64,000 nucleotides of DNA from Nemertoderma westbladi (taxonomy: Eukaryota > Animalia > Xenacoelomorpha): positions 1 through 64,000 of the forward strand of contig JAUCBJ010009063.1 of the NCBI GenBank assembly GCA_032718475.1. Direction: 5' to 3'. Positions 63,001-64,000 of the stretch are shown one piece after another. Position 1 is the stretch's first letter; each line of letters starts with the position of its first letter. A model generated the notes under the pieces. It ran no database searches. It was given only the letters and a program-made list of their open reading frames with translations, and was not told the DNA's origin. A program made the position numbers and the translations under genes.

Positions 63001-64000
63001 ACAGTAATAATTTTGTTAGGAATGGAAGAACTCGCACAGAGCATAAATTTGTCAGTCCATGCAGAAACAACTTTGTTAACTTCTGTATGCTCTAAGTAGA
63101 CACTAACCCAGTCTGTTTCACTCAACAGATGCCTGAATTTTGAAAAATCCGCCTCCTTGTATAGCCAAATGCGCCTGGTGTACGATGGGATGTTTCGAAT
63201 GGGAAATTTATATGAGAAAGAGATAACACAATGATCACTTGTGCCGTAAGGGCTAGATACAACTATATTGGAAATTGAATCGGGAAGATTTGAAATAACA
63301 GATGACAGCGAAGTGCTGGTCAATTGTGTTATACGTGTTGGCTCCCTAATATGTTGGAATAAACATTGGCGTGAAATAAAGGAAGTTATTTCACATCTTT
63401 TTGATCGGTTTAAAAGGTCCTGGTTGAAGTTGCCCAAAATAAGTATTTCATTGAAACCTAAACTTTTTATTTCTGAAACCATCGAATTTGCTGCTTCCCA
63501 AAAAGAACTAGTAGTGGTGTTGGGGCGATAGAATAGACCTATGGCGAGTTTTCTAGAACTAAGGGTACAGGAGCACCACAATGATTCGAATAGGGGATCT
63601 ATATCCTCTATATTAGAGAGTCTCTTAACAGTAAACATATTGGAAATGTATAAAGCTAGGCCACCACTGTGCGAAGGGCGGTCACGGCGCTGAGGTTCGT
63701 GAAACTTTGAAATAAGGAATTTCTTAGAAATATGTGCTGGTGAAAACCATGTCTCGACAAATGCAAGAACTTCAAATTTTGAGGATAAATTTTCTGGCAA
63801 AAAATCCCAATTGCAGGATAATGACCGAATGTTCGTCAGCATAACTCGGGGAAATGGGAGATTTGGGCCGGGGTTAGGGTGAATGTCCCCAGATATGTAC
63901 AAAATAAAGATTAAACAAGCAATAAACCATACGAGAGCTAAGCCTGTAAACATCCATGAGGTAAGAGTGTCTAAAAAGTGCTCACTTTTTAAGTATCCGG
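60072..64000 (-). mobile_element. CR1-group LINE with poly(A) tail; runs off the window end
   Basis: T21 at 60072-60092, about 560-bp 3' UTR with a stem-loop near 60120-60160, and a long ORF2. Confidence 0.92.
60657..63953 (-). CDS. LINE ORF2: 2A-like motif, APE endonuclease, RT and C-terminal zinc knuckle (at least 1098 aa)
   Basis: SGDIHPNPGP, NIRSL, VETW, GGLALY, YRP, SDH, FRPVALTS, QSGF, FLDISKAFD, GVPQGSVLGPLLF, YADD, CSCG..EDAFHYFMEC. The frame stays open to the window end. Confidence 0.95.
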   Translation of the reverse strand: MFTGLALVWFIACLIFILYISGDIHPNPGPNLPFPRVMLTNIRSLSCNWDFLPENLSSKFEVLAFVETWFSPAHISKKFLISKFHEPQRRDRPSHSGGLALYISNMFTVKRLSNIEDIDPLFESLWCSCTLSSRKLAIGLFYRPNTTTSSFWEAANSMVSEIKSLGFNEILILGNFNQDLLNRSKRCEITSFISRQCLFQHIREPTRITQLTSTSLSSVISNLPDSISNIVVSSPYGTSDHCVISFSYKFPIRNIPSYTRRIWLYKEADFSKFRHLLSETDWVSVYLEHTEVNKVVSAWTDKFMLCASSSIPNKIITVRPNDKPWFTTKLRRLSRIKDRVHRTAKSTNNDNSWTSFRLARNKYILECRKAKKEYFSNLSDKLISTRFSSKQWWSICKQLLGKVPEQEIPSISYNNVVAVTPKAKADLFNSFFNDQYSLDESNFIMPHTAFPEPLLTEIVFHTPEILCDIKTLDPDSATCAAEGISNKMIKAGMPVIINHLSKLFQFIFDSAVHPKNWKLRYVLPLLKNIPNDICNNFRPVALTSNLGKLFEHYIHRTIFAHVKNYISKFQSGFKSGDGTIYQLISLYNALVNALDQGKEVRIVFLDISKAFDKVHHKSLLYKIENMGIGGKLLEWLHNYLRDNFQCVVVNSQQSSWVKVLAGVPQGSVLGPLLFLIFINDIVDVVTGNISLYADDTALYIEVNSRSNCILAASALNADLNSISNWGARWLVKFNPAKSECMLFSHRRSRDPNHLPLFLNGIPIPEVSEHRHIGLIFSSSLRWHSQVAKMLVAANKKLNMLRIVKYKVGRDALMNIFKSFVRSNLEYAGAIWNNCSQELKTELELLNKEAIRIVCRLIISCPTNKLYKESGLCPLQQRRDYQKLCIFYKMMSGYAPQHLLDMLPPVVRSASVYDTRNSGNVRPPMARRNFYRDSFLPSVVRLWNSLPTDKQSADSITTFKQSVLPIICSLHPIPPYYSLGSPTINGLLARLRCNCSSLNSDLYSNHVQTVKSCSCGHQREDAFHYFMECPLFHSHHIILHAAISALGLRPTLTTILFGPPYGPDSHPVSTTVLRDKAVALIDVITIFVFNTGRFNSLGY

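Noticed and set aside
797-63531. Antisense and overlapping ORFs within retroelement ORFs (for example 797..1270, 16182..16691, 17633..18142, 61154..61441)
   Set aside because: They are shadow frames of coding sequence with no independent motifs.

Overview
AT-rich animal (probably bilaterian invertebrate) nuclear DNA dominated by transposable elements. Retroelements: at least two RTE-clade LINE families in many fragments with (TAG)n tails, a nest of CRE-like, Gypsy and APE-RT LINE elements (12.3-21.3 kb), a CR1-group LINE with an open ORF2 and a 2A-like motif (60-64 kb), Penelope-like remnants including a degenerate hammerhead ribozyme, and a tRNA-derived SINE. DNA elements: TTAA-type non-autonomous elements (piggyBac-like and Kolobok-like), an internally deleted hAT with an 8-bp TSD, a probable Helitron carrying tandem CTCF-like sites, and a 1.1-kb foldback. 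Several minisatellites are present (21, 22, 23, 35, 50 and 68 bp units). One credible host gene was found: a two-exon, 499-aa protein with an N-terminal RIIa/Dpy-30-like docking domain (C8orf34-like) behind RFX and forkhead motifs. There is no CRISPR array or prokaryotic system. The most unusual structures are a split-inverted RTE whose tail is joined to its own inverted 5' half, the CTCF-like motif array, the hammerhead remnant, and an RTE/minisatellite mosaic that is probably an assembly artefact. All family calls come from motif recognition by eye; no searches were run.
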